A stretch of DNA of 64,000 nt, from positions 62,001 through 126,000 of the forward strand of contig JBMORE010000053.1 in the NCBI GenBank assembly GCA_049322255.1. The letters run 5' to 3'. The position numbers were made by a program, and so were the translations under genes. Numbering within the stretch: position 1 is the stretch's first letter; the number at the start of each line of letters is the position of its first letter. The stretch is from Myxococcota bacterium (lineage in GTDB: Bacteria > Myxococcota > Myxococcia > Myxococcales > Myxococcaceae). Of this stretch, positions 10,601-19,770 are shown piece after piece. The notes below the pieces were generated by a model, which ran no database searches, was not told the DNA's origin, and worked only from the letters and a program-made list of their open reading frames with translations.

Positions 10601-10993
10601 CTAGGACACCAGGGCCCGCGCGGCGAGGTGCCCCAAGAATCCGGCCAAAAGGCAGCCGCCGACGGTCGCGAACAAGTAGACGGCGGCGAGGCCGTTCTCG
10701 CCGCCTTGCATGAGCGCGACCGTCTCGTAGTTGAAGGATGAATAAGTGGTGAAGCCGCCCAGCACCCCAGCGGCGATCGCCAGTCTGAGGGACGTGGGCC
10801 AAGGCGGCGTCGCCAGCGCAGCAAACATCGCCGCCCCCAGCGCGAACGACCCCACCAGATTGACCGCCAGCGTTCCCCAGGGAAACAGCGGGCCGAAAAG
10901 GCGCACCGCGAGCTCTTGCACCAGGTAACGCGCGGTGCTGCCCACGCCTCCACCGAGAAAGACGAAGAGAAGATGACGGAAGGAAATGCCCAC
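10601..10993 (-). CDS. crcB: Fluoride channel Fluc/CrcB
   Basis: GGGVGSTARY, FPWGTLAVNLVGSF, GGFTTYSSF motifs. Confidence 0.93.
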   Translation of the reverse strand: MGISFRHLLFVFLGGGVGSTARYLVQELAVRLFGPLFPWGTLAVNLVGSFALGAAMFAALATPPWPTSLRLAIAAGVLGGFTTYSSFNYETVALMQGGENGLAAVYLFATVGGCLLAGFLGHLAARALVS

Positions 10994-11099
10994 GACGCGA
11001 TGGTAGCGCGGGCCCAGATTCTGGCGAGTTCCCCCCCTTCCATCCCCTCCTGGAACCGCTTGAGGTAAGCCAGCTTCGTTCAGCGGACGCCGGCCCGCT

Positions 11100-11240
11100 G
11101 CGGGCGACTCGCCCGTGGATGGAGGGGCGGGCGGGCGACTCGCCCGTGGATGGAGGGGCGGGCGGGCGACTCGCCCGTGGATGGAGGGTCGGGCGAGTGA
11201 CTCGCCCGTGGATGGAGGGTCGGGCGAGTGACTCGCCGTG
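11100..11240. repeat. Tandem repeat with 31-bp unit, about 4.5 copies, internally palindromic
   Basis: Units start at 11100, 11131, 11162, 11193 and 11224 (partial); consensus GCG(G/A)G(C/T)GACTCGCCCGTGGATGGAGGG(G/T)CGG. Confidence 0.95.
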
Positions 11241-11319
11241 AAATTGAGGACGATGTCTGACGACTGTCAGTGAAATCAACGGCCTTGGGAATGACTCCTG
11301 AATCAACTGCGGCCTGGAT

Positions 11320-12129
11320 TCAGAACGTGCCGCGGAGCAACGGAAGCTGCACTCCCCAGGATAGGCCGAGCCGGGTCTCTCTGAGGAGCGGCGCCGGCAT
11401 GGGGACCCCGGCAAGCAGGCCGTTCTCCTCGGTGTATCCAAAGAGGGACCCGAGCGGACCCATGGGCCGGCCCTTGGGCTGTTTGGTGAGGTTGATGACG
11501 ATCATCTCGGCCAGGGGCACGAACGCCACCGTTCCTACGAGCAACACAGTTTCAGCGGTGCCGCCCCCGCCCGGCCCCCCCAACAGGTGGTAAAGGCCAA
11601 TCACCGACGCCTGCGCCGCCAGCCCCGACAGCGAGGCCGGCCAGCTTTCGCTCGTGTAGTACCGGCTGCCGTTGGCCAGCGACAGCTCGGTCTGCGACAC
11701 CGCTAAGGGCACCGCCGAGAAGACCAGAATGAAGATGAGGTTGGTTACCCCGGGGTCCAATCCTCCTCCTCCGGCGGCGCCCAGCGGCTTGAGCAAGAGG
11801 AAATAGGGAATGAGCGCCGTGCCCGCCGCGGTCAGCGCCCCAAAGGCACTCTCGGTGATCATCAAGCCGATCTCCATCGGCGGCTCGAGCTGTTGATGCT
11901 GCGGCACGGTTCCGTAAGGCGAATAAGGCGGCGGCTGCGCCGGCACGTAACCGGGTGGCGGGGTGGCTCCGGGAGGAGGCGGCGTGGGCTGTGCCTGGGG
12001 GGGCGGCGGCGCAGCCTCGGGTTGGGCGTTCACCAGCGGCGGGGCGCTCCACTCGGCAGGGTCGCTCTGGCCCAGGGCCAGCGCCGGCAAGAAGAGAAAG
12101 ACAGCGAGCAAGGTCTGGGTCGGTCGCAT
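11320..12129 (-). CDS. Hypothetical exported/membrane protein with Pro-rich N-terminus
   Basis: Signal peptide, Pro-rich linker, several hydrophobic segments. Confidence 0.7.
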   Translation of the reverse strand: MRPTQTLLAVFLFLPALALGQSDPAEWSAPPLVNAQPEAAPPPPQAQPTPPPPGATPPPGYVPAQPPPYSPYGTVPQHQQLEPPMEIGLMITESAFGALTAAGTALIPYFLLLKPLGAAGGGGLDPGVTNLIFILVFSAVPLAVSQTELSLANGSRYYTSESWPASLSGLAAQASVIGLYHLLGGPGGGGTAETVLLVGTVAFVPLAEMIVINLTKQPKGRPMGPLGSLFGYTEENGLLAGVPMPAPLLRETRLGLSWGVQLPLLRGTF

Positions 12130-12139
12130 ACGGCGGCGT

Positions 12140-12523
12140 TCACGATACCGCGATTGCGTCGATCTCCACCCGCGCTCCTTTGGGAAGCGCTGACACCTGA
12201 ACGGTCGCCCGGGCAGGAGGCGAGCTGGGGAAATAGCGGCCGTAGACCTCGTTCACCTGGGCGAAGTCGGCCAAGTCGGTCAAGAAGATGCCGCAGCGCA
12301 CGACGTGGGACAGCGTAAGGCCGGCGGCGGCGAGCACCGCCTTGAGGTTCTCCAGCACCCGCTCCGTCTGCGCCGCGATGTCCCCCTGCACCAGCTCCCC
12401 CGTCTTCGGATCGAGGGGAATCTGCCCAGAGAGGAAGGTCAGCTTGCCGCTGGCCTGAACCGCCTGCGAATAAGGGCCAATCGCCTTGGGCGCCAGGTCG
12501 GAGCACACAATCGCTTTCGCCAT
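12140..12523 (-). CDS. RidA/YjgF family enamine deaminase
   Basis: APKAIGPYSQA, SGQIPLDP, PPARATV, LPKGARVEIDAIA; ATG overlaps the rel stop codon. Confidence 0.92.
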   Translation of the reverse strand: MAKAIVCSDLAPKAIGPYSQAVQASGKLTFLSGQIPLDPKTGELVQGDIAAQTERVLENLKAVLAAAGLTLSHVVRCGIFLTDLADFAQVNEVYGRYFPSSPPARATVQVSALPKGARVEIDAIAVS

Positions 12524-14709
12524 CAGATCCTCTCCACCGAGTACACGCCGCTCAAGCTCTCGATGCTCCGCATCAAGTCGGTGAGCTGCTTCAAGTCCGA
12601 GATGGTGACTTCGAAGGTGTTCACCGCGCGGTCGTCGCCGGTGGCGCGGCAATTGGCCTGCGAGATGTTGACGCCCTTCTTGGAGAACGCCTGCGAGATG
12701 TCGGCGAGCAGCCCCGGGCGGTCCGCGGTGAGCACGCGTAAGGTGACCGGCCGCTTGAAGTCACCGCGCACGTCCCAAGTGACCTCGACGCGCCGCTCGG
12801 GGTCGGTGGCCAGCGCTTTTTCGCATTGCACGGTGTGCACGGTGACGCCGCGGCCGCGGGTGATGAAGCCGGCGATGGGGTCGCCCGGCACCGGGTTGCA
12901 GCAGCGGCCGAAACGAACCAGCACGTCGTCCACGCCGCCGATCTGCACCCCGCTCTTGCTCGTGCGCCCCACCAGCTTCTTGGCGCCTTCGATCATCTTG
13001 GTGCCGACGTTGGCGAGGATGCCGCTGGGGGCGACGGTGCCATTGGAGGCACTGGCCCCGGCGTCGGCCGGCACCAGGCGCTCCGCCAGCTGGTGGGGAG
13101 CCAGCTTCCCGTAGCCGATCGCCACCAACAGGTCGTCCTCTACGCGGTAGCCGAGCTCCTCGGCGTGCTTCTTGAGCTCGCCGTTCTTGAGCATCTTGTT
13201 GAAGTTGAGACCGAGCCGGCGGAACTCTTTCTCTGCCAGCTCTCGACCCAGCTGCAGGCTCTTCTCGCGCTGTTGTTGTTTGATCCACCCGCGAATGCGC
13301 TGCTGCGCGCGGCTGGTCTTGACGAAGGTGAGCCAGTCTTTCGAGGGGTGAGCCTGGGGGCTGGTGAGTACCTCCACCTGGTCGCCGTTCTTGAGCTTGT
13401 AGCGCAAGGGGACGATTTTCCCGTTCACCTTGGCGCCCACACACCTGCCACCCACGTCGGAGTGAATCGCGTAGGCAAAGTCCACCGGGGTCGCCCCCCT
13501 GGGCAAGGAGCGCACGTCTCCCTTGGGCGTGAAGACGAACACCTCGTCGGTGAAGAGGTCGACCTTCACCGTCTCGAGGAATTCCTTGGGATCTTTGAGG
13601 TCCTGCTGCCACTCCATCAGCTGGCGTAGCCAGGCGAACTTCTCGTCGTCGCGACTGACCAGCGATTTGCCTTCCTTGTACGCCCAGTGCGCGGCGATGC
13701 CCTCTTCGGCGATCTTGTGCATCTCCTCGGTGCGAATCTGCACCTCCACCCGCTGCGAGTGGGGGCCGATCACCGTGGTGTGCAGCGACTGGTACATGTT
13801 CGGCTTGGGGATGGCGATGAAGTCTTTGAAGCGCCCGGGCACCGGTTTCCACATCTGGTGGATGAGCCCCAGCGCCTCGTAGCACGCCGGAATCGTGGGC
13901 ATGATCAGGCGGAAGGCGATCACGTCGTGCACCTGGTCGAAGTCGATGCCTTGGGCCTTCATCTTCCGGTAGATGGAATAGAAGTGCTTGAAGCGCCCGC
14001 TGACCCGGCCTTGGAGGTTGTGCTCCTTGAGCTTGGCCAAGATGAGCTTGGTGACGTCGTCGATGTACTGCTCGCGCTCCTTGCGCTTGCTGTTCACCTT
14101 CTGTTGCAGGTCGGCGAATTCCTGCGGCTTGAGGTAGCGGAAGGAGAGGTCCTCCAACTCGGTCTTGATCCAGCTGATGCCCAGCCGGTTGGCCAACGGC
14201 GCATAGATGTCGAGCGTCTCTTGGGCGATGCGCTGCTGCTTCTCCGGTTTCATGTGCTCGAGCGTCCGCATGTTGTGCGTGCGGTCGGCGAGCTTCACCA
14301 AGATGACGCGAATGTCCTGCGCCATCGCGATGATCATCTTGCGAAAGTTCTCCGCCTGCTTCTCCTCCTGGCTCATCGTGGCCGCAGCGGAGAACTTGGA
14401 GAGCTTGGTCACCCCGTCGACCAGCTGAGCGACCTCCGGGCCGAACAGCTCGCGCAGCTCCGCTTCGGTCGCCAGAGTGTCTTCGATGGTGTCGTGCAAA
14501 AGCCCGGTGACGATCGACGCCTCGTCGAGCTTGAGCTGCGCCAGAATGCCCGCCACCTCCAGCGGGTGAACGAGGTAGGGCTCGCCTGACTTCCGAATCT
14601 GCCCCTGGTGCACCTTGGCCGAGTAGACGTAGGCCTTCTTGATGATGTCGAGGTCAGGATCCGGATGGTAGGAGGCAACCTGCTGGAGGATGTCGTTGAG
14701 GCGGATCAT
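12523..14709 (-). CDS. relA: Bifunctional (p)ppGpp synthetase/hydrolase Rel
   Basis: HD motif LLHDTIED, RFKD, YQSLHT, TGS (DFAYAIH), CC zinc region, ACT domain. Confidence 0.97.
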   Translation of the reverse strand: MIRLNDILQQVASYHPDPDLDIIKKAYVYSAKVHQGQIRKSGEPYLVHPLEVAGILAQLKLDEASIVTGLLHDTIEDTLATEAELRELFGPEVAQLVDGVTKLSKFSAAATMSQEEKQAENFRKMIIAMAQDIRVILVKLADRTHNMRTLEHMKPEKQQRIAQETLDIYAPLANRLGISWIKTELEDLSFRYLKPQEFADLQQKVNSKRKEREQYIDDVTKLILAKLKEHNLQGRVSGRFKHFYSIYRKMKAQGIDFDQVHDVIAFRLIMPTIPACYEALGLIHQMWKPVPGRFKDFIAIPKPNMYQSLHTTVIGPHSQRVEVQIRTEEMHKIAEEGIAAHWAYKEGKSLVSRDDEKFAWLRQLMEWQQDLKDPKEFLETVKVDLFTDEVFVFTPKGDVRSLPRGATPVDFAYAIHSDVGGRCVGAKVNGKIVPLRYKLKNGDQVEVLTSPQAHPSKDWLTFVKTSRAQQRIRGWIKQQQREKSLQLGRELAEKEFRRLGLNFNKMLKNGELKKHAEELGYRVEDDLLVAIGYGKLAPHQLAERLVPADAGASASNGTVAPSGILANVGTKMIEGAKKLVGRTSKSGVQIGGVDDVLVRFGRCCNPVPGDPIAGFITRGRGVTVHTVQCEKALATDPERRVEVTWDVRGDFKRPVTLRVLTADRPGLLADISQAFSKKGVNISQANCRATGDDRAVNTFEVTISDLKQLTDLMRSIESLSGVYSVERI

Positions 14710-14840
14710 CTAGACCCTCGCAATCGTAACTGCCGGATCTTGGGTGGGCAACGGCGCCGCAACGCGTCAACTCGGCGCGCAAAGCGTTCGTTGACCAAGG
14801 GTTTTCCCGGCCCCTACACTCGGCCGCGACTCCCCTCCTG

Positions 14841-15977
14841 ATGTCATCGCTCCTCCTGACCAGCCTCGGTCTGGTTTGCCCCGCGTGCGACCGCCTCAAC
14901 GCTCCGGCCACCGCCACGTGCGTCGAGTGCCAAGCCCTTTTGTCCGGTGGGACGTCCGCCAAGCCCATCTCCGCCCCGGTACCCGCCAAACCCGTCCCCG
15001 CACCGGCACCCGCCAAGCCCACCGTCACGGTATCCGGCCGCTCTGTCGCCGCCACGGTGCCTGCACAACCGACCGCTGCCTCGGCTACCCTGGAGCTAGG
15101 CGTCGCCCCAGTGGAAACGACAGCGGAATATGCCAGCCCCGTTCGGCGAGCCGATACGGTTCCGCCAGGAATGCGGCCGACGTTGAGAGCACCCGTCCCC
15201 GCGCCCACCGCAACGGCTCCCGCGCCTGCCAACGCCCGACCACGGGCATCGGAGCCCATCCCCGCCAGCGAGCTATTGAGGAAGCCGGCCCCCAAGCCCG
15301 CTCCCGCTCCTTCGGCTACGCCAGCCGCAGGCCCCAGATACGGTTTGAGCGTTCTTGCGGGAACGGCGGTGGGCCAGCGCTTTCGGCTCCCTGCCGGGGG
15401 CGTGGCGGTCGGCCGCATTCGGGGCGCCATTCTCTTTCCCGACGATCCTTACGTTTCCGGGCACCACGCGTCGCTCTTGGTGCGCGACGGCCGGCTCTAC
15501 GTACGCGATGAGACGAGCGCCTCGGGGGTCTTCGTCAGCGTCAACGGCCAGGAGGCCGTCGCTCCCCACACCTATTTCGCGACCGGGTCGCGCTTGTTTC
15601 ACTTCGCCGGCTCGATCGAGCCTCGTTCCCCCGCCCCTGGCCACCCCCTGCCCTACGGCGCCCCCCTGCAGAGCCACCAGCCGCTCTACTGCGTCGAGGA
15701 GGTTCTCGTCGGCAACCGCGCCGGACGCGCAATGGTGAGCGCGGGCCAAAGCCTCACCATCGGCCAAGCCAACTGCGATTTGAGCTATCCCAGCGACGCC
15801 GACATGGCACCGCGCCACTGCGAGCTGGCTCTGCAACCCAACGGAGCGACCCTTCGCGACCTCTCCGGCGCTCTGGGCACCTTCGTTCGCCTCTCCCCTG
15901 GCACCGAACGTCTGCTCAAGGCCGGCGACCGGCTGCGCATCGGCCAGCAGCTGCTGCAGGTCGAAGCCATCGCGTGA
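14841..15977 (+). CDS. Zinc-ribbon + Pro/Ala linker + double FHA protein
   Basis: CPAC..CVEC; FHA-like VGR..VSGHHA, plus a second degenerate FHA. Confidence 0.82.
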   Translation: MSSLLLTSLGLVCPACDRLNAPATATCVECQALLSGGTSAKPISAPVPAKPVPAPAPAKPTVTVSGRSVAATVPAQPTAASATLELGVAPVETTAEYASPVRRADTVPPGMRPTLRAPVPAPTATAPAPANARPRASEPIPASELLRKPAPKPAPAPSATPAAGPRYGLSVLAGTAVGQRFRLPAGGVAVGRIRGAILFPDDPYVSGHHASLLVRDGRLYVRDETSASGVFVSVNGQEAVAPHTYFATGSRLFHFAGSIEPRSPAPGHPLPYGAPLQSHQPLYCVEEVLVGNRAGRAMVSAGQSLTIGQANCDLSYPSDADMAPRHCELALQPNGATLRDLSGALGTFVRLSPGTERLLKAGDRLRIGQQLLQVEAIA

Positions 15978-15990
15978 CTCATCAGAAGAG

Positions 15991-17616
15991 TCATTCGAGG
16001 TCGGGAAACGCCTGCTGAATGTACCCGCGCGCCTTCGACTCACGCTGGTCACGTAAATGCCGCGCCCACCACCCTCGTGCTTCTCTGATGTCGTTGCGCT
16101 GGTAGTAGAGCTCGCCCAGCTTGAGGGCAAGCTCCGGCGTCGGATCGTTCTCGAAGGCCTCTTTGTACTTGGCGGCGGCGAGATCGGCCAAGCCGCGCTC
16201 CTGAGCGTCATCGCCCTCGCGCGCCAGCCGCACCGCCTTCTCGGGGTGTCGCAAGGGCGCGGGGACGTCGGCTTCGTACAGCGGCTTCGCAGCAGCGCTC
16301 TGCCGGGAGAGCTGCACCGGCGCATTGGGAGGTGGCTCATACGGCTCGGCTGGGCCCGTGAAGCGAAGCTGGTACAAGTAAACGCCGCCCAAGCTCAGCG
16401 CCAACAGCACCAAGGCCACGGTGACGACTTTGAAGACCCGCGGGCCCCGCGCTTTCTCCCTCTTCTTCTCTCTCGACTGGCCGGAGGAGTTGCGCACCGG
16501 CCGCGGGTGGGGAGCGGGCACCGGGGGAGGCGCGCGCACGGTGCGCTCGGCGCCCCAGGCGGGCTCGGAGGTGATGCGTGTCTCGGCCTGGTCGATGGGC
16601 GTCGATGAACGTGGAACGGGGCTCCGCACCGCTGCGGAGACTCCGCGGGTCGGCGTGCGGCCGGTCTTTCGTTCGCGATCGACCGCCAATAGCTCGGCGC
16701 GAAACGCCTCGGCAGTGGCGGGGCGGCCGTCGGGGTCCTTGGAGAGCGCGCGCAAGATGAGGCGCTCCATGGGGGGTGAAATCTTCGCCTCCGGGCGACG
16801 CTTGGAGGGCGGGAGCGGCTCTTCGGTGAGGTGCTTGGTGGCAAAACCCACCGCGGAGTCCGACTCGAACGGCAAAAGCCCCGTGCACAGTTGGTAGAGA
16901 ATGACTCCCACCGCGTAGAGATCGCTGCGCGGATCGAGTGGCGAGCCGCGGGCCTGCTCGGGAGACATGTACTCGGGGGTGCCGCAGACGAAGCCGGCGC
17001 GGGTGAGCGCAGGGCCCGTCTCGCCGCTGGAATCGGTGATCTTCGCGATGCCGAAGTCGAGCACCTTGACGAAGTCGGGCTCGCCGCGGCGCTGCTCGAC
17101 CATGATGTTCTCGGGCTTCAAGTCGCGGTGAATGACCCCCGCTCCGTGGGCATCGGCGAGCGCCGAGAGCACCTGCCCCACGATGCGCACGACGCGTGCT
17201 TCGGGGAGCGGCCACTCCTTGGAGAGAATCTGGTGGAGATCCTTCCCCGAGACGTACTCCATCGCGATGAACAGCGCGCCGTCGTCTGCCTGCCCAAAGT
17301 CGAGAATGCTGATCGAGTTGGGGTGGTTGAGCCGGCTGGCGGCCTTGGCCTCGCGCTGGAAGCGGGCCACCGTCCGCTCGTCCGACAGGAGCGCCGCGCG
17401 CAACACCTTGAGCACCACCGGCTTGTCGAGGGCCAGCTGCTTGGCACGAAACACCCTCCCCATGCCGCCTTCCCCGATCATCTGCTCGATGCGGTACTTC
17501 TTGGCCACGATGCGGCCGACATGGTCGTCCTCTCCGGCCACCCGCGGGACGGTCGCGCCACACGCGGGGCAAAACTTCGAGTTGCCGCTCTCTTTGCCGC
17601 AGGAAGGGCAGGTCAA
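15991..17616 (-). CDS. Membrane Ser/Thr protein kinase (Hanks type) with N-terminal zinc ribbon and C-terminal TPR
   Basis: GEGGMG, VVLK, HRDLKPEN, DFG, GTPEYMSPE; one TM segment; TPR-like tail. Confidence 0.95.
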   Translation of the reverse strand: MTCPSCGKESGNSKFCPACGATVPRVAGEDDHVGRIVAKKYRIEQMIGEGGMGRVFRAKQLALDKPVVLKVLRAALLSDERTVARFQREAKAASRLNHPNSISILDFGQADDGALFIAMEYVSGKDLHQILSKEWPLPEARVVRIVGQVLSALADAHGAGVIHRDLKPENIMVEQRRGEPDFVKVLDFGIAKITDSSGETGPALTRAGFVCGTPEYMSPEQARGSPLDPRSDLYAVGVILYQLCTGLLPFESDSAVGFATKHLTEEPLPPSKRRPEAKISPPMERLILRALSKDPDGRPATAEAFRAELLAVDRERKTGRTPTRGVSAAVRSPVPRSSTPIDQAETRITSEPAWGAERTVRAPPPVPAPHPRPVRNSSGQSREKKREKARGPRVFKVVTVALVLLALSLGGVYLYQLRFTGPAEPYEPPPNAPVQLSRQSAAAKPLYEADVPAPLRHPEKAVRLAREGDDAQERGLADLAAAKYKEAFENDPTPELALKLGELYYQRNDIREARGWWARHLRDQRESKARGYIQQAFPDLE

Positions 17617-17694
17617 GGAGGAACCTACGGGGCCTTCTCAAGACGATAGGTCTCCCTCCACGGCACCTTCAAGGCTTTGGCGCGTCTGATATAG

Positions 17695-18462
17695 ATGGAC
17701 GCGCTCATGGCGTTTTTCGCTTGCCCGCGCTGCGGCTCCAACAATCCGCAAAGTGCCACGGCGTGTCAGGGCTGCGGCCAGCCGTTCACTTCGGGCACGA
17801 TGGTGATGGGCCCCTCGCAGTCGGTACAGCGGCCGAAAGTGGCGGTGCGGGTGGTACGGGCCGATGGCGGCCCGGAGACGGTGGTGCCCATGCGCACAGG
17901 AACGCTCACCTGCGGGCGCCTGGGCGATGTCGCCGTGCCCGACGACCCCTTCGTCGCCGATACCCAGGCGCGCTTCTTTTTTTCGGGCGTGCGCTTGGCG
18001 ATCGAGGACGTGGGCGGCAGCAACGGGGTGTTCTTCCGCCTGCGAAAGGAGATGGAGCTACCGCTCGGAGGAGAGCTTCGACTGGGCCGGCAGCGGCTGG
18101 TGCTCGAGCCCATCCCCGCCCTCACCAAAGCCGCCGACGGCACGGTGGCCTGGGGCTCGCCCGACCCCGGGTATCGACTTCGGCTGGTGCAGCTCGTGGA
18201 GGGCGGAGCGCGGGGCAGCGCCTTTCCTCTCAAGGAGGGAGACAATCAGCTCGGCCGCGAGGTGGGCGACATCACCTTCCCCACCGACGCGTTCGTCTCC
18301 GGCCGCCACGCTACGTTGCGGGTGGTGCAAGACCGGCTCTTCGTGAAGGATTTGGGGTCGAGCAACGGCACGTTCATTCGGCTGAACGCGCCTGCCTTCG
18401 TGGACAACGGCGACCAATTTCTCATCGGCCGCCAGCTGGTGCGGGTAGAGGTCGCGGGGTGA
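17695..18462 (+). CDS. Zinc-ribbon + double FHA protein
   Basis: CPRC..CQGC; C-terminal canonical FHA LGR..VSGRH..SSNGT. Confidence 0.88.
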   Translation: MDALMAFFACPRCGSNNPQSATACQGCGQPFTSGTMVMGPSQSVQRPKVAVRVVRADGGPETVVPMRTGTLTCGRLGDVAVPDDPFVADTQARFFFSGVRLAIEDVGGSNGVFFRLRKEMELPLGGELRLGRQRLVLEPIPALTKAADGTVAWGSPDPGYRLRLVQLVEGGARGSAFPLKEGDNQLGREVGDITFPTDAFVSGRHATLRVVQDRLFVKDLGSSNGTFIRLNAPAFVDNGDQFLIGRQLVRVEVAG

Positions 18463-18467
18463 GGTGA

Positions 18468-18830
18468 CTACCCGTACGACTTTTCCTTCTTCTCCTGCTC
18501 TTCCTTGCAGCGGATGCACAGCGTGGTCACTGGGCGAGCCTCGAGCCGCTTGGGGGAGATGGGCTCTTCGCAACGCTCGCAGACGCCGAAGCTCCCGTCC
18601 TCGATGCGCTGCAGGGCCTTGTCGATCTTCTTGAGGAGAAACTTCTCGCGGTCACGCAGGCGAAACACCATGCTCTGGGCGTACTCGCTGGAGGCCAAGT
18701 CAATCTCGTCGGGGAGGTCGTCCGTGTCGAAGTTGGACTCCTCCATCAGCGTCTTCTTCGCGCTCTGGAGCAAGCTCAGCTTGCTGTCCTCGAGCATCTT
18801 CTTGTAGCGCTTGAGATCTTTCTGGTTCAA
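18468..18830 (-). CDS. dksA: DksA/TraR RNA polymerase-binding factor
   Basis: DEIDLA (DxxDxA) coiled-coil tip, C4 zinc finger CERC..CIRC, RLEARP; TTG start. Confidence 0.92.
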   Translation of the reverse strand: MNQKDLKRYKKMLEDSKLSLLQSAKKTLMEESNFDTDDLPDEIDLASSEYAQSMVFRLRDREKFLLKKIDKALQRIEDGSFGVCERCEEPISPKRLEARPVTTLCIRCKEEQEKKEKSYG

Positions 18831-18888
18831 AGCTGGGCGCCCCCGTAAAAAGGGCGGGTACCTTTAGTGGGGCACCTGGGCGAAGTCA

Positions 18889-19770
18889 ATGTCAGACTCT
18901 TCCAAATTCGACCGTGAATTTCTTCGTGCGGGGCTGGCGCTCGCGGGCAAGAGCGAGGTCGACCACCTGCTCTTCATCGGGGACACCCCCATCGCCCCTG
19001 CCGACTTGCGGGGCCGCCCTTGCCGGCGGAAGCTCATCTATGCGGTGACCAGCGACACCCTCGCCAGCGAGTTGGCCGCCAAGAAGCACAAGGCCCTGGT
19101 CATTCCCGCCTACGACTACTCGCGGGTCGAGCGAGTCAAGGTGGCGCTCGTCTCCGCGCTCTCCCAGGGAGCGTTCAAGGAAGGGGATTTGGTGCTCTGC
19201 CTGACCGGGAAGGTGGGCCGCCAGGTAGACACGATGATGCAAATGCGCATCGGCGGCTCGCTGGACGACCGGGTCGCCATCGAAGGGGTCAAGCTGGGCG
19301 ACGAGTTCAACTCGCAGGTGGTCGACGCCCTCATCCAGCTCGCGCTGCAGATCGGCCAGGAGGGCTTCGAGGGCCACCCGATCGGCACCATCATCACCAT
19401 CGGCGACCACAACGCGGTGCTGGAGAAGAGCCGCCAGCTGACGATCAACCCCTTTCAGGGGATCTCCGAGGCCGAGCGAAACGTGCTCGACCCGAAGATT
19501 CGCGAGGCGATCAAGAACTTCTCGGTGCTGGATGGGGCCTTCGTCATTCGCGAGGACGGGGTGGTGCTGGCCGCGGGGCGATACCTCTCCTCGGCGGACG
19601 AGGCGGTGAAGATTCCCTTGGGCCTGGGAGCGCGGCACGCCGCCGCAGCCGGCATCACCTCGACGACGAAGTGCATCGCCCTGGTGGTGAGCCAGACCTC
19701 GGGAGCGGTACGCCTCTTCAAGGAGGGCAACATCGTGCTCGAGCTACACCAAACGGCGCGAAGAACATGA
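18889..19770 (+). CDS. DisA_N-domain diadenylate cyclase, soluble, DacZ-like architecture
   Basis: LDGAFVI and GARHAAA catalytic-type motifs, VVSQTSG; no TM segment and no DisA HhH tail. Confidence 0.85.
   Translation: MSDSSKFDREFLRAGLALAGKSEVDHLLFIGDTPIAPADLRGRPCRRKLIYAVTSDTLASELAAKKHKALVIPAYDYSRVERVKVALVSALSQGAFKEGDLVLCLTGKVGRQVDTMMQMRIGGSLDDRVAIEGVKLGDEFNSQVVDALIQLALQIGQEGFEGHPIGTIITIGDHNAVLEKSRQLTINPFQGISEAERNVLDPKIREAIKNFSVLDGAFVIREDGVVLAAGRYLSSADEAVKIPLGLGARHAAAAGITSTTKCIALVVSQTSGAVRLFKEGNIVLELHQTARRT

Noticed and set aside
11100..11240. CRISPR array
   Set aside because: The units are head-to-tail with no unique spacers, and there are no cas genes in the window
10994..11320. Fluoride riboswitch upstream of crcB
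   Set aside because: GATGGAG and ATGACTCCT-like words occur only on the + strand, opposite to crcB, and are too far apart; no consensus is visible on the - strand. An Infernal search with the Rfam fluoride model would settle it
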